The notes below the pieces were generated by a model. It searched no databases. It was not told the origin of the DNA and saw only the letters and a list, made by a program, of their open reading frames with translations. Positions 63,710 through 64,000 of a stretch of 64,000 bases of DNA are shown here, one piece after another. Each line of letters opens with the position of its first letter. Position 1 is the stretch's first letter. The translations under genes were made by a program, and so were the position numbers. The stretch is from a virus (lineage: Duplodnaviria > Caudoviricetes): positions 14,600-78,599 of the IMG/VR virus record IMGVR_UViG_3300025295_000098; one strand, 5' to 3'.

Positions 63710-64000
63710 CTACCAGACCTGCGGACCTGGCGAAAAATCGAACTGCGCCGGATTGATTCCCGTGAGGCGGGAGAGCGCTTTCAGACCGCCCTTGCGGATT
63801 TCCGCGTGATATTCGGGATCGCTCAATTCGGATCCCCCATCGATTTCGGCGCTGGCGCCGAGCAGCCGTCGCAGGCCTTGCGGCGAAACACGGGTAATGC
63901 TGCGAATGTCGCCGCTGCTGTATTTGATCAGCAGCAGTTGGACATTGGCGTTATAGTGAAGCGCTTCTATGCCGCCCGATTGGATGAAAAAGGTTTGCAT
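63710..64000 (-). CDS. KTSC-domain-like host protein
   Basis: I.S..I.A.HY......L.I.Y.SG pattern; true start could lie beyond window edge. Confidence 0.6.
   Translation of the reverse strand: MQTFFIQSGGIEALHYNANVQLLLIKYSSGDIRSITRVSPQGLRRLLGASAEIDGGSELSDPEYHAEIRKGGLKALSRLTGINPAQFDFSPGPQVW

Noticed and set aside
1-64000. CRISPR array, retron or diversity-generating retroelement
   Set aside because: No repeat-spacer array, no reverse transcriptase motif (YxDD context) and no adenine-specific TR/VR pair seen; the repeated structural modules diverge at all bases

Overview
Alphaproteobacterial (probably Rhizobiaceae) chromosome window made almost entirely of two adjacent integrated elements. (1) About 1-52640 is a temperate contractile-tailed prophage; its integrase and left end lie upstream of the window. 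It runs immunity switch (cI/cro), early and DNA-modification genes (C5-MTase, TGT/DpdA-like protein, m4C-type MTase, PAPS-reductase family), replication, a 73-aa stand-alone GGQ release-factor-like protein, a NusG-type antiterminator, tRNA-Met, a Bcep781/AP22-like head and tail module (Nudix-fused prohead protein, -1 frameshifted tail chaperone), lysis genes and a LexA-boxed ligD cassette. (2) A 10,689-bp satellite-like island is integrated in tRNA-Cys (45-bp direct repeat at 52902-52946 and 63591-63635). It encodes an integrase, Arc and AlpA-like regulators, a P4-type primase/helicase, a lone HK97-type capsid protein, TerS with a cos-like region, and two candidate defence genes. The window ends in a host KTSC-like gene. 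All protein family calls come from recognising motifs by eye; no searches were run.
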